Source: a virus. From it: a stretch of DNA of 37,920 nt. The DNA lies in UHGV virus genome UHGV-0126763; one strand, written 5' to 3'. How positions within the stretch are numbered: position 1 is the stretch's first letter; the number at the start of each line of letters is the position of its first letter. Shown here piece after piece: positions 25,883-35,156 of the stretch. The notes below the pieces were generated by a model. That model searched no databases. It worked only from the letters and a program-made list of their open reading frames with translations, and was not told where the DNA came from. The position numbers were made by a program, and so were the translations under genes.

Positions 25883-27953
25883 CGCAGATACGATTAAAGA
25901 TTTCCTTGTTTCGCTGGGATTCGATATCGATCAGGCTGGCGCTAATAAGTTTGAAGCCGTGCTGAAAGGCGTTACCGCGAACGTTCTGAAGGTCGGCGCG
26001 GTGGTGGAAGGCGCAGCGCTGAGCATTGTCGGATTTACCACCCAGATCGCGAATGGTCTGGATAAAATTTACTGGGCATCCCAACGGACGGGGGCCAGCG
26101 TCCAGGGCATCAAAGCGCTGGGCTATGCCGCATCGCAAACCGGTGCCAGCGCTGAGTCGGCCATGTCCTCCCTCGAAGGGCTGGCTGGCTTCATGCGTAG
26201 CAATCCGGGGGCGGAAGGGTTCCTGAACCGTCTTGGTGTCCAGACCCGCGATGCCAGCGGAAAGATGCGTGATACTGCTGCCATCTTTACTGGCGTTGGG
26301 CAAAAGCTCAACAACATGCCGTATTACCGCGCGAAGCAATACGCGCAGATGCTCGGTATCGATGAAAACACGCTGATGGCGATGCGGCGCGGCATGAATG
26401 GCTTTACCGCCGATTACCAGTCTATGCTGCAAAAGACGGGGTTCAACGCTGATAAGGCAGCCGTTCAGTCCAACAAATTCATGACGTCCATGCGCGGGCT
26501 TACGTCGCTGTTCGGCATTGTGCGGGACAAGATCGGCTCAAATCTCGCTGGTGGTCTGGCTGGTTCGCTGGACAGCCTGCGGCGGCGCATCCTCGACAAT
26601 TTCCCGAAGATTGAAGAGACGCTGACCAAAGTTATTAAGGGCGTGATCTGGCTTGCAAACGCCTTCACACGAATGGCGTGGCGGCTTATACAGGGCGCTG
26701 GCTCTGTCATTGACTGGTGGAAGCGTCTTGATGATGGCAGTAAAAATCTGCTGAAAATATTCGGTGCTCTACTGGTCGCATGGCGTCTGCTTAATTCTGC
26801 GTTCCTGAAATCCCCGATTGGAATTATCACCACACTGATTCTGGCGATCGGATTGCTGTACGACGATTACCAGACGTGGAAAGAGGGCGGTAAAAGCCTG
26901 ATTGACTGGTCCAAATGGCAGCCAGAAATTGAGCAGGCAAAGAAGGTGTTCAAGTGGCTGCGCGATAAGTTTCTGGAGCTCAAGGACAACCTCGGCGGCT
27001 GGAAAAATACGCTTACCATCCTGTTTGGCTTTCTGGCCGGTGCGAAGCTGTTCTCCATGCTCACTGGTATCGGGCGACTTGTCGCCGGATTTATGGGGCT
27101 CGGTAAGGCAATTGGCGGCTCTATTGGTGGGCTGGGTAAGCTGGCGCAGGGGATCGCTCAGTTGGCAATCAAGAATCCCTGGTTGCTTATGTTCATTCCT
27201 GCCAACAATACGCCGACCACCAGTGAAGAAATGGCGTCGATTGGCGGTATAGGCAGCAATATCGTACCTGAAAGGCAGCAGGCATATGAGGCGCTGAGAA
27301 AGGAAAATCCCGGCAAAGACTTTTTCACTGATGAGCAAATCCAGCGAAAAATTCAGGAGATGGGACTGGAGCCGGAGCAGCGAGCGCAGTCGGTTAAACG
27401 CCCACAAGCCACAGCGCAGGGCAAGGTTTTGCTCGACTGGATGGGGCCATTGTTCAATAAGCTGGAGTCTCTTTATCAGCTGCCTGCTGGCCTGTTGAAA
27501 AGCGTGGCGATCACCGAGTCGGGTGGTAACCAGTTCGCTGTGTCCGGCGCAGGCGCGAAAGGACTGTTTCAGTTTATGGATGGCACGGCGCGCGACATGG
27601 GCCTGCGTGGGAATGATGTATTCGACCCGGAAAAGTCAGCTCAGGCAGCCGCTAAGTACCTCAGCCAGCTGTTGCGGCAGAACGGCGGAGACCTTAGCAA
27701 AGCACTGGCATCATATAACTGGGGGATCGGGAATGTTAAGCGTTATGGAATGGGGCTAATGCCGCAGGAAACGCGCAACTACATTCCGAAAGTAATGAGC
27801 AATATGCCCACCAGCGCCCCGGTGATTCAGCAGGAAACGAATATTAACATCCACGGTGTTTCCGATCCGCGTGAAGCTGCCCGTTTGACTGTTGACCGTC
27901 AAAAGGGCGTGAATTCACAGTTAACCCAGCAACTCCCCGCAGGACCGAGATAA
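25872..27953 (+). CDS. Tail tape measure protein with C-terminal SLT lytic transglycosylase domain
   Basis: 693 aa; central hydrophobic/Gly-rich segments; C-terminal ESGGNQFAVSGAGAKGLFQF...YNWGIGNV matches soluble lytic transglycosylase motifs. Confidence 0.8.
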   Translation: MSGNADTIKDFLVSLGFDIDQAGANKFEAVLKGVTANVLKVGAVVEGAALSIVGFTTQIANGLDKIYWASQRTGASVQGIKALGYAASQTGASAESAMSSLEGLAGFMRSNPGAEGFLNRLGVQTRDASGKMRDTAAIFTGVGQKLNNMPYYRAKQYAQMLGIDENTLMAMRRGMNGFTADYQSMLQKTGFNADKAAVQSNKFMTSMRGLTSLFGIVRDKIGSNLAGGLAGSLDSLRRRILDNFPKIEETLTKVIKGVIWLANAFTRMAWRLIQGAGSVIDWWKRLDDGSKNLLKIFGALLVAWRLLNSAFLKSPIGIITTLILAIGLLYDDYQTWKEGGKSLIDWSKWQPEIEQAKKVFKWLRDKFLELKDNLGGWKNTLTILFGFLAGAKLFSMLTGIGRLVAGFMGLGKAIGGSIGGLGKLAQGIAQLAIKNPWLLMFIPANNTPTTSEEMASIGGIGSNIVPERQQAYEALRKENPGKDFFTDEQIQRKIQEMGLEPEQRAQSVKRPQATAQGKVLLDWMGPLFNKLESLYQLPAGLLKSVAITESGGNQFAVSGAGAKGLFQFMDGTARDMGLRGNDVFDPEKSAQAAAKYLSQLLRQNGGDLSKALASYNWGIGNVKRYGMGLMPQETRNYIPKVMSNMPTSAPVIQQETNINIHGVSDPREAARLTVDRQKGVNSQLTQQLPAGPR

Positions 27954-28555
27954 TGGATATTTTATCAGCGATTTTTCGCCAGCAATCCCGGCGAATTGGC
28001 CTGCTGATCCCCAGCGTGGTCGTCTCCGAAAAGCATTCTGATGCGCTCGAAATTACTGAGCATCCGGTGGAGAAGCCAACAACGAATAGCGCGTCGGGTT
28101 TCATCGCCGATCATGCGTATAAGCGTCCCAGCGAAGTCACAATGGAATGCGGCTTCGCTGGTGGCGGTTCGTTGCTGGACTTCATCGATACATCTTCAAT
28201 CGGCCTCAGCGCCGGACTGAGCCCGAAAGAGACTTATCAGCAATTGCTGGATCTCCAGTCCTCTCGGGTGCCGTTCGATGTGGTGACTGGCAAGCGGGTG
28301 TACAGCAATATGCTGGTGCGCGCCATCGAGGTGACGACCGATAAAACCAGCGAGAACGTGCTGAACTGCACGCTTACCCTGCGTGAAGTCATCATAACGC
28401 AGACAAAAAATGTCACCGTTGCAGATAAATCAGATATGCAGGATGGCGTCAGCACATCGGCGGTGCAGAATTCCGGGATGAAATCCACTACACCGCCAAA
28501 CGAATCCTTGCTGAGCCAGCTGGGCGGAAGCGTTACATCAGCATTCGGGGGATGA
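27953..28555 (+). CDS. Tail/baseplate-associated protein
   Basis: 200-aa ORF coupled (TAATG) to tape measure stop. Confidence 0.5.
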   Translation: MDILSAIFRQQSRRIGLLIPSVVVSEKHSDALEITEHPVEKPTTNSASGFIADHAYKRPSEVTMECGFAGGGSLLDFIDTSSIGLSAGLSPKETYQQLLDLQSSRVPFDVVTGKRVYSNMLVRAIEVTTDKTSENVLNCTLTLREVIITQTKNVTVADKSDMQDGVSTSAVQNSGMKSTTPPNESLLSQLGGSVTSAFGG

Positions 28556-28556
28556 T

Positions 28557-28862
28557 ATGCAGTTTAACGAAATACCGCTTTCTCCTGACAATCAGCAGTT
28601 CCGCGTTTTGCTGGGCAATACCACGTATACACTCAGGATCATCTGGCGTGATGCGGCTGGCTGGATTATGGACGTGATGGATAGCGGCGGTGCTGCGCTT
28701 CTTTCTGGCGTACCTCTCCTGACCGGCGTGAACCTATTACGACAATATCCACAGCTTGGCATTGATGGCGCGCTGGTGGTGGCGACCGATAAGGGCGCAC
28801 CAGACGAGCCCACCAAAACCAACCTCGGCACATACAGCCACCTCATTTTCGTACAGGAGTAG
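28557..28862 (+). CDS. Hypothetical tail protein
   Basis: 101-aa ORF in tail operon. Confidence 0.5.
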   Translation: MQFNEIPLSPDNQQFRVLLGNTTYTLRIIWRDAAGWIMDVMDSGGAALLSGVPLLTGVNLLRQYPQLGIDGALVVATDKGAPDEPTKTNLGTYSHLIFVQE

Positions 28863-28864
28863 AA

Positions 28865-29929
28865 ATGTCTCTTAACTGGATGCGCCATTTTGAGCTGCAA
28901 CTGTTGGACCAGAACGGGCAGGGCGTTTCCCTGTCTGACTTTAAGGTCACGTTCCAGATCGAGTGGGCAGACACACGCTGGCCACGCGTGGCGAACGTGA
29001 AAATTTACAACCTTTCGACCGATACCACGAACAAGATACTTGGGCAGGAGTTTGCCAAAATTCGCATCATTGCCGGGTATGACGGTATAGTGCCGGATGT
29101 TGATGCGAGCCAGGTTGGTGTGTCCCGGGAGATTTCACCAGACCAGATAGGGCAGGTGAACGGTCAGAACTACGGCCTGATTTTTGACGGTGATATTCGC
29201 TTCACCGTCACCGGGAAGGACAACATTACGGATTCCTGGGTGTTGATTCAGGCCATTGGTGATCACGAAGCGTTCCTCTATGCGACCACCATCACCACGC
29301 TTGCCGCTGGCTATACCGTTGCGGATCTGCACCGGGCGACGATGCAGGATTTCAACGCGTTCGGCGTGACACAGGGCATTACCGGCGATTTTCCTGATAC
29401 CGTGTTTCCTCGTGGCCGCGCGATTTACTCATCCAGCCGCAACGTGATGGATAATATTGCTGCGCAGTGCAAAGCGACATGGCAACTGGTGGATGGTCAG
29501 GTCCAGATGGTGCCGGAGGATAAATATATTCACGAAGCCATTGTGTTGAATGCCAATACTGGCCTGATCGGTATGCCGCAACAGACAATGGGCGGCGGCG
29601 TAAACGTGCGGTGCCTGATAAACCCAAACATCCGCATTAATGGTCTTATCCAGCTCGATCAGGCTTCGGTGTACCGCGCCGCGCTCGGCAATAGCGAAAT
29701 CGCACAGTCGCCCGGTCGTATCACTGAAACGGAAGAGAACGGCAACCGCGCACTGACCGGCACAACGTCACAGGCTGCCAGCATTGCGACAGATGGCGTT
29801 TATATCGTCAAAGCTATCGACTATACTGGCGACACCAGAGGTCAGGCGTGGTACATGGATTTGATGTGTTTTGCGCGTGGCAGTCGTGATTTAGTTAATG
29901 CTGGTGCTATGCAAAAAACAAACTACTGA
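28865..29929 (+). CDS. Putative baseplate hub / late-control D-like tail protein
   Basis: 354 aa, GGAG RBS, position between tape measure and spike gene. Confidence 0.5.
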   Translation: MSLNWMRHFELQLLDQNGQGVSLSDFKVTFQIEWADTRWPRVANVKIYNLSTDTTNKILGQEFAKIRIIAGYDGIVPDVDASQVGVSREISPDQIGQVNGQNYGLIFDGDIRFTVTGKDNITDSWVLIQAIGDHEAFLYATTITTLAAGYTVADLHRATMQDFNAFGVTQGITGDFPDTVFPRGRAIYSSSRNVMDNIAAQCKATWQLVDGQVQMVPEDKYIHEAIVLNANTGLIGMPQQTMGGGVNVRCLINPNIRINGLIQLDQASVYRAALGNSEIAQSPGRITETEENGNRALTGTTSQAASIATDGVYIVKAIDYTGDTRGQAWYMDLMCFARGSRDLVNAGAMQKTNY

Positions 29930-29939
29930 GGTACGGGAC

Positions 29940-30275
29940 GTGAAACTCGTAATTTTTATCATTGCAGCATTATTTTCTTTCCAAGCTATTGCTGATTCTC
30001 AGTGTGGTGATTTCAAAATCCATTGGGCTGATGATGGTTTCGCTCGCGTAAACGGAGCTAAACCTGAATCGCAAAAAGTGACATTTCTTAAAAATGACGG
30101 TGATTATAACAACGTCAAAATTGAATGGCGCTTAGCGACCAATCAACCAGGGCGATGGGTAGGAATGGAGTTTATTGGCCGTAATGGTAAAGCAATCCTG
30201 AATGCTCAGTGGCTGCAAGCCAGCATGGATTCGCCGCGTCAGTATGCAACATACGACTGCCGAAAAGTAAAATAG
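29940..30275 (+). CDS. Secreted small protein (Sec signal peptide), moron in tail module
   Basis: GTG at 29940 with GAGG 8 nt upstream gives MKLVIFIIAALFSFQAIA followed by DSQCGDF (AXA cleavage site); two Cys in mature part; AT-rich; ORF-track ATG at 29898 lacks the signal peptide context. Confidence 0.55.
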   Translation: MKLVIFIIAALFSFQAIADSQCGDFKIHWADDGFARVNGAKPESQKVTFLKNDGDYNNVKIEWRLATNQPGRWVGMEFIGRNGKAILNAQWLQASMDSPRQYATYDCRKVK

Positions 30276-30293
30276 CCCGCCAGATAGGCGGGC
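30275..30293. terminator. Hairpin between convergent moron genes
   Basis: GCCCGCC-agata-GGCGGGC; on the minus strand it is followed by T-rich CTATTTTACTTTT. Confidence 0.45.
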
Positions 30294-30298
30294 ATGCG

Positions 30299-30589
30299 TC
30301 AAAAATATTGAGCTTTAATTATAATAAACACAATAATTACGAACAGGATGTTTCTAATTATTTTTTGCTTATGAGTAAGTTGTTTTTTTTCTGTCGATTT
30401 CCCGGGAGAGTAAAGGTTAGTGGTATGCGACAGCCCCGTGCCGGGAAGGCCATTTGTCATCTTTACGCCTTTTTTTCCGATGTTAATGGTGGAACCTTTA
30501 CCACCAATTGAAGTGCTTACTCCGCTTTTACTAATGTTGATCGCGAGTCCGGGCGCAATCCGGATTCTTTTACGAAATCTAAATCCCAT
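30299..30589 (-). CDS. DUF4236-like protein with C-terminal membrane anchor, opposite-strand moron
   Basis: 96 aa; AGGAG RBS 6 nt upstream of ATG; N-terminal MGFRFRKRIRIAPG...SKSGVSTSIGGKG...GLPGTGLS resembles DUF4236 from memory; C-terminal hydrophobic ILFVIIVFIIIKAQYF. Confidence 0.65.
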   Translation of the reverse strand: MGFRFRKRIRIAPGLAINISKSGVSTSIGGKGSTINIGKKGVKMTNGLPGTGLSHTTNLYSPGKSTEKKQLTHKQKIIRNILFVIIVFIIIKAQYF

Positions 30590-30776
30590 TTGTTACTCCT
30601 GTAGTCAATAATGCGATGGTGCAGGTCCACTCTATGGCGGCTTCATGGCTGAAATTGATTTTCAATGCTTACTTGTTGCAAACATATCCTAATACACCTT
30701 GTGAATGTGTGCCATTGCAGCGGAAAAGCCTTACTTCACACTGATGTGGCTTAGTTACTAAGAGATAATTGATACC

Positions 30777-30800
30777 AAACCAGCTTCGGCTGGTTTTTTT
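30777..30800 (+). terminator. Intrinsic terminator preceding baseplate genes
   Basis: AAACCAGC-ttcg-GCTGGTTT followed by TTTTT, 12 nt before the baseplate spike ATG. Confidence 0.55.
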
Positions 30801-30811
30801 ATGGGGGTTTT

Positions 30812-31552
30812 ATGCCAATTCCAACTCAATCACAGATCGGCGGTGAGCAGCAGACCGCGCAGGCCATTGTCGATTCGGTGTCTACCCAGATGCGCGTAGC
30901 GATGCCCGGCATCATTCAGTCGTTCGATCCTGACACTGTTACCTGCACAGTAGAGGTAGCGCTTCGCGGTATTGTTGGCGATGGCTCCACCGAATTAAAA
31001 CCGCTGGTGGATGTGCCGGTTATCTTCCCGCGCGGCGGCGGTTGCACGCTGACCTTTCCGGTAAAAGAAGGCGACGAGTGCCTGCTGATCTTTGCCGACC
31101 GTTGCATCGATTTCTGGTGGCAGAGCGGCGGCGTTCAGGAGACCGTCGACCCGCGCCAGCATGACTTATCTGATGCGTTCGCCATCGTTGGCCCGCAGTC
31201 GCAAGCGCAGAAAATCAGCGGTATCAGTACCAGCGCCGCGCAGCTGCGAACCGATGATGGCTCGGCGTTCGTAGAGGTCGCAGCAGGGCATAACATCACC
31301 GTTAAAACGCCGGGCAAGCTTACGGCTACGGCTGAGGGTGGAACGACAATCACATCCCCGACTATCACGCTGAACGGCAACGTAACGATTAATGGCAATC
31401 TGTCTCAGGGAATGGGAGAAAGTGGTGGTACTGCGACGATGCTTGGGCCGGTTACGGTAACGAATGATGTGACAGCTTCAGGTATAAGTGTCGCCACGCA
31501 TAAACATGGCGGAGTTCAGGCAGGCGGGGGAACTACTGGAGGGCCGCAATAA
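30812..31552 (+). CDS. Baseplate spike / assembly protein V-like
   Basis: 246 aa; N-terminal OB-fold-like region then Gly/Thr-rich beta-helix-like C-terminus typical of gpV/Mu gp45-type spikes. Confidence 0.65.
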   Translation: MPIPTQSQIGGEQQTAQAIVDSVSTQMRVAMPGIIQSFDPDTVTCTVEVALRGIVGDGSTELKPLVDVPVIFPRGGGCTLTFPVKEGDECLLIFADRCIDFWWQSGGVQETVDPRQHDLSDAFAIVGPQSQAQKISGISTSAAQLRTDDGSAFVEVAAGHNITVKTPGKLTATAEGGTTITSPTITLNGNVTINGNLSQGMGESGGTATMLGPVTVTNDVTASGISVATHKHGGVQAGGGTTGGPQ

Positions 31553-31905
31553 TGCGATACCGTCGCGAAGATGCTGACGGCGATTACACTTTCGGGCAGG
31601 GTGACGACACCTTCCTTATCGACAGTCCGGAATGTGTCGCCCAGGCCGTGAAAACCCGTTTCGAACTGTGGCGCGGTCAGTGGTTTCTCGATCTGACGGA
31701 AGGCACGCCGTATGTTCAGTCAGTGCTTGGGAAACAGCGATCAGACGTCTACATCCTGGCTATACGCGAACGCATACAGGACACGCCGGGCGTTCTGTCG
31801 ATTCTTTCCTTCGATACCAATTATGACGGCACCAGCCGCCGCGTCACTTTCACTTCCTCCATTGACACAATCTACGGCCAGACGACTGTAACAAGCGAGG
31901 CATAA
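31552..31905 (+). CDS. Baseplate protein (Mu gp46 / W-like)
   Basis: 117 aa, coupled to spike gene, upstream of J-like gene. Confidence 0.5.
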   Translation: MRYRREDADGDYTFGQGDDTFLIDSPECVAQAVKTRFELWRGQWFLDLTEGTPYVQSVLGKQRSDVYILAIRERIQDTPGVLSILSFDTNYDGTSRRVTFTSSIDTIYGQTTVTSEA

Positions 31906-33105
31906 ATGGCTTTGAACCTCGACACGCTGGGGCTATCGGCAACGGTAACCGCCCAGGGGATTAGTGCGCCTGATTACCAGACAATCCTCGATACACTGAC
32001 CAGCTATTTCAGGCAGATTTACGGTAGTGATGCCTACCTCGAACCAGACAGCAAAGATGGGCAAATGGTCGCGCTGGTGGCTCTGGCTGTGCATGATGCT
32101 AACAATACCGCTATCGAGATCTACAACTCGTTTTCACCGACGACAGCGCAGGCCGCAGCGCTTAGCAGCAATGTGAAAATTAACGGGATCACGCGAAAAG
32201 TAGCGACAAACTCTACTGCTGACCTTCTGTTAACCGGTACGGCGGGCACGACTATCACGAATGGCTCCGCACGGGATAAAAACGGCATTATCTGGAATTT
32301 TCCCGCGAGTGTAGCAATCGGGGTTGATGGTACTGTGCTGGTGACGGCCACATGTGCGAATAGCGGTTCGGTTGCGGCGATGGCCGGGACTATCACCACC
32401 ATTAATACACCGACTCGCGGCTGGGTGTCGGTAACCAACCCGGCTGCGGCTACTGTCGGTTCACCAGCTGAAACCGACGCAGAGCTGCGCATCAGGCAGG
32501 GGCAAAGCGTCGCTCTGCCGTCACTCACACCGTTTGAAGGTGTCGACGGTGCGATCGCCAACGTTGCAGGCGTGACTCGTCACAAGCTCTACGAGAATGA
32601 TACTGGTGCTACCGACAGCAACGGGCTGCCTCCTCATTCCATTTCCGCCATCGTCGATGGTGGGGATGTTACCGAGATAGCTCAGACCATCAGGGGGAAT
32701 AAAGGGCAGGGAACGGCAACCTACGGGACAACTTCTGTCACGGTGCCGGATACTTACGGTAATCCTCACGTCATCAGTTTTTCACGCTCTACCGATGTGC
32801 CAATTTTCGTAGCCATTACCCTGAAAGTTTTTACCGGGTATACCTCTCAAATCGGCGAGCAGATCAAACAGGCTGTTGCCGACTATATTAACGGCCTGAC
32901 AATTGGCGACGACGTTCTGCTGAGCCGTATTTATTCCCCGGCAAACCTTGGTGTTGTGAGCGGCGGTAATGCCCGATATTACGACATTACCGAACTGCTG
33001 ATCGGTAAGTCGTCTGGCAGCGTATCGGCATCAAATATTGATATTGCCTATGATGCTTCGGCGTCCTGTAGCACCGCGAATATCACAATCACGGTGACCT
33101 CATGA
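31906..33105 (+). CDS. Baseplate J-like protein
   Basis: 399 aa, canonical position after W-like gene. Confidence 0.65.
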   Translation: MALNLDTLGLSATVTAQGISAPDYQTILDTLTSYFRQIYGSDAYLEPDSKDGQMVALVALAVHDANNTAIEIYNSFSPTTAQAAALSSNVKINGITRKVATNSTADLLLTGTAGTTITNGSARDKNGIIWNFPASVAIGVDGTVLVTATCANSGSVAAMAGTITTINTPTRGWVSVTNPAAATVGSPAETDAELRIRQGQSVALPSLTPFEGVDGAIANVAGVTRHKLYENDTGATDSNGLPPHSISAIVDGGDVTEIAQTIRGNKGQGTATYGTTSVTVPDTYGNPHVISFSRSTDVPIFVAITLKVFTGYTSQIGEQIKQAVADYINGLTIGDDVLLSRIYSPANLGVVSGGNARYYDITELLIGKSSGSVSASNIDIAYDASASCSTANITITVTS

Positions 33106-33782
33106 GCAAATACACCGAACTGATCACTAACTACCACGCTACCAAGCCACTCTTTTTTGACCATATAGACCTAAGCACTCGCCCGCTGATTGATGTGTCC
33201 AGGACTATGTCAGGGCTTGTAACAGCCTTCGATATCGATACGGCGGTCGGCGTGCAGCTCGACACGCTCGGGATCTGGATTGGGCGTAGTCGTATAGTCA
33301 GCCAGCCAATTAGCGGCGTTTATTTCAGCTGGGACACTGACGGCCTTGGATATGACCAGGGCGTCTGGCAGGGGCCGTATGACCCGGATTCGGGCTATAC
33401 GACGCTGAGCGATGACACCTACCGCATCATTCTGAAAGCGAAAATAGCGATCAACAACTGGGACGGCCGGAACGACTCGCTGCCGCCCATTCTTGACGAA
33501 GCGACGGCAGGCTCTGGCCTGAAGATGCAGATCGTCGACAATCAGGATATGACGATATCGGTTTGGGTATTTCCCGAGACTGACATTTCGGACGTGTCTC
33601 TCGAACTGATCGCCGCTATCAAGCAGGGCTATCTCACTGTTAAAGCTGCTGGCGTGTGGGCCGGTGATGTTGAAACGCCTTCGGTAGAAACACCGTCTGA
33701 AGGCACTAAGTTTTTTGGGTTTGATATGGATAACGAATACATCGGTGGGTTCGATGTGGGAGCATGGGGGACTTTACTCTAA
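33102..33782 (+). CDS. Tail protein (Mu gp48 / P2 I-like position)
   Basis: 226-aa ORF coupled between J-like and fiber genes. Confidence 0.5.
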   Translation: MSKYTELITNYHATKPLFFDHIDLSTRPLIDVSRTMSGLVTAFDIDTAVGVQLDTLGIWIGRSRIVSQPISGVYFSWDTDGLGYDQGVWQGPYDPDSGYTTLSDDTYRIILKAKIAINNWDGRNDSLPPILDEATAGSGLKMQIVDNQDMTISVWVFPETDISDVSLELIAAIKQGYLTVKAAGVWAGDVETPSVETPSEGTKFFGFDMDNEYIGGFDVGAWGTLL

Positions 33783-34720
33783 TGGCAACAAATAACTTTA
33801 AAGCGTTCGCGCTTGATCCTAACGCTAACGTCATGTCACAGGCTGACTGGGAAGCGCTACCGACACTACTATCAGGATTTACTTCAGGTAAGGCATCCAG
33901 TGCGCAGGTGAATAAAGCGCTTAGACAGTCGTTGTTTATTGCTTCTGCCTTGGCTGAATTTGTATCAACGACACTGAATACAGATATCCTTGATGATGGT
34001 GATATCAATGGGTTCATGAGTAAATTGACATCTGCATTACAGTTAAATTCTCCAGGGCGTCTCATTAATATTCAGACTATCACTACTTCAGGAACGTACA
34101 CAAAAACACCTGGTGCGAAGCATGCTTTAATTCGTGCAGTAGGAGGGGGGGCAGGTGGTGGCGGGGTTCCTGCCACTTCATCAACGACTCAGTCAACAGC
34201 AAAAGGTGGGGAATCTGGCGCTTATATTGAAGCGTATGTTGATCTAAGTTCTGTGACTTCTTTATCTGCAATTATTGGTGCTGGTGGAGCTGGAGCCATT
34301 GCTGGCAGCAATAGCGGGACATCTGGCGGAACGACTTCCTTAGGGAGTCTAATTTCATGTCCAGGTGGTGAGCCTGGAATTGGTGGGAATACCAGCGCAG
34401 CAAGTTTTGTATCATCTGACAGGGCATCAAATAAAGCGCCAATGTCAACAGGTAGGGTTTTGGTTTCAACGCCAACATCGTTACCAAACCTTGCCCGCGT
34501 AGCAAATCCATCAGCTCCTACTGTTGGTGGTACCGGTGGATCTAATCCTTTAGGGATTGGGGGGGCTGCTGGAGGCGCCTTACCAGGAACTCCAACAAAT
34601 CCCACCAATGCAACCGGGTATGGTAGCGGAGGTGGAGGAGGTGCATCTGTGGGCGGCAACGCTGCAATGGGAGGAGCCAACGGAGCACCTGGGGTTATTA
34701 TTATTATGGAGTATGCCTGA
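33782..34720 (+). CDS. Tail fiber protein with glycine-rich C-terminal region
   Basis: Start at MATNNFKAFA (TAATG overlap); N-terminal region resembles conserved side-tail-fiber N-domains; C-terminal half Gly/Ser/Thr-rich. Confidence 0.7.
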   Translation: MATNNFKAFALDPNANVMSQADWEALPTLLSGFTSGKASSAQVNKALRQSLFIASALAEFVSTTLNTDILDDGDINGFMSKLTSALQLNSPGRLINIQTITTSGTYTKTPGAKHALIRAVGGGAGGGGVPATSSTTQSTAKGGESGAYIEAYVDLSSVTSLSAIIGAGGAGAIAGSNSGTSGGTTSLGSLISCPGGEPGIGGNTSAASFVSSDRASNKAPMSTGRVLVSTPTSLPNLARVANPSAPTVGGTGGSNPLGIGGAAGGALPGTPTNPTNATGYGSGGGGGASVGGNAAMGGANGAPGVIIIMEYA

Positions 34721-35118
34721 TGAAATGTGCATTAATAAAAAGCAATCAAGTAATAAATATTATTGAAATAGATGAGGAAGGGATTAATGAATTCACAGGT
34801 GGTCAATTAATTTTAATTCCTGAGGGTGAGGTTGTAGATATTGGGTTTTCGGTTGATGGTGATGCTTTTATACCTCCGCCAATATCTGAGTTGACTGATG
34901 ATGAAATAAAGCAACTGAACGAGTCGAAAAGAAAAGAGAAGGTGGCTATTGCGGTTAATTACATATCGCAAAACTCATTGGATTCTAAACTAATGCTTGG
35001 AATGCTTTCTGATGAAGATAAACGCAAATATGCTCAAATTATTACTTACATAGATGATTTGAATTCAATGACATTGGGTTCCTTTTCAGATGTGACTTGG
35101 CCTAAGCAACCGTTTTAA
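34720..35118 (+). CDS. Putative tail fiber assembly chaperone
   Basis: 132 aa, ATGA overlap with fiber stop, GGAG RBS, AT-rich, C-terminal ...DVTWPKQPF. Confidence 0.5.
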   Translation: MKCALIKSNQVINIIEIDEEGINEFTGGQLILIPEGEVVDIGFSVDGDAFIPPPISELTDDEIKQLNESKRKEKVAIAVNYISQNSLDSKLMLGMLSDEDKRKYAQIITYIDDLNSMTLGSFSDVTWPKQPF

Positions 35119-35123
35119 CTAAT

Positions 35124-35149
35124 TGCGCACGGATAGAATTCCGTGCGCA
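35124..35149. terminator. Hairpin between convergent tfa and acyltransferase genes
   Basis: TGCGCACGG-atagaatt-CCGTGCGCA, 9-bp perfect stem; flanking U-tracts weak. Confidence 0.4.
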
Positions 35150-35156
35150 GTGGAAA

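Noticed and set aside
26465-27407. Minus-strand ORFs (122 and 212 aa) inside the tape measure gene
   Set aside because: Antisense to a long structural gene in the co-directional late operon.
34222-34680. 152-aa proline-rich minus-strand ORF
   Set aside because: Antisense shadow of the glycine-rich tail fiber coding region (GGN codons read as CCN on the other strand).
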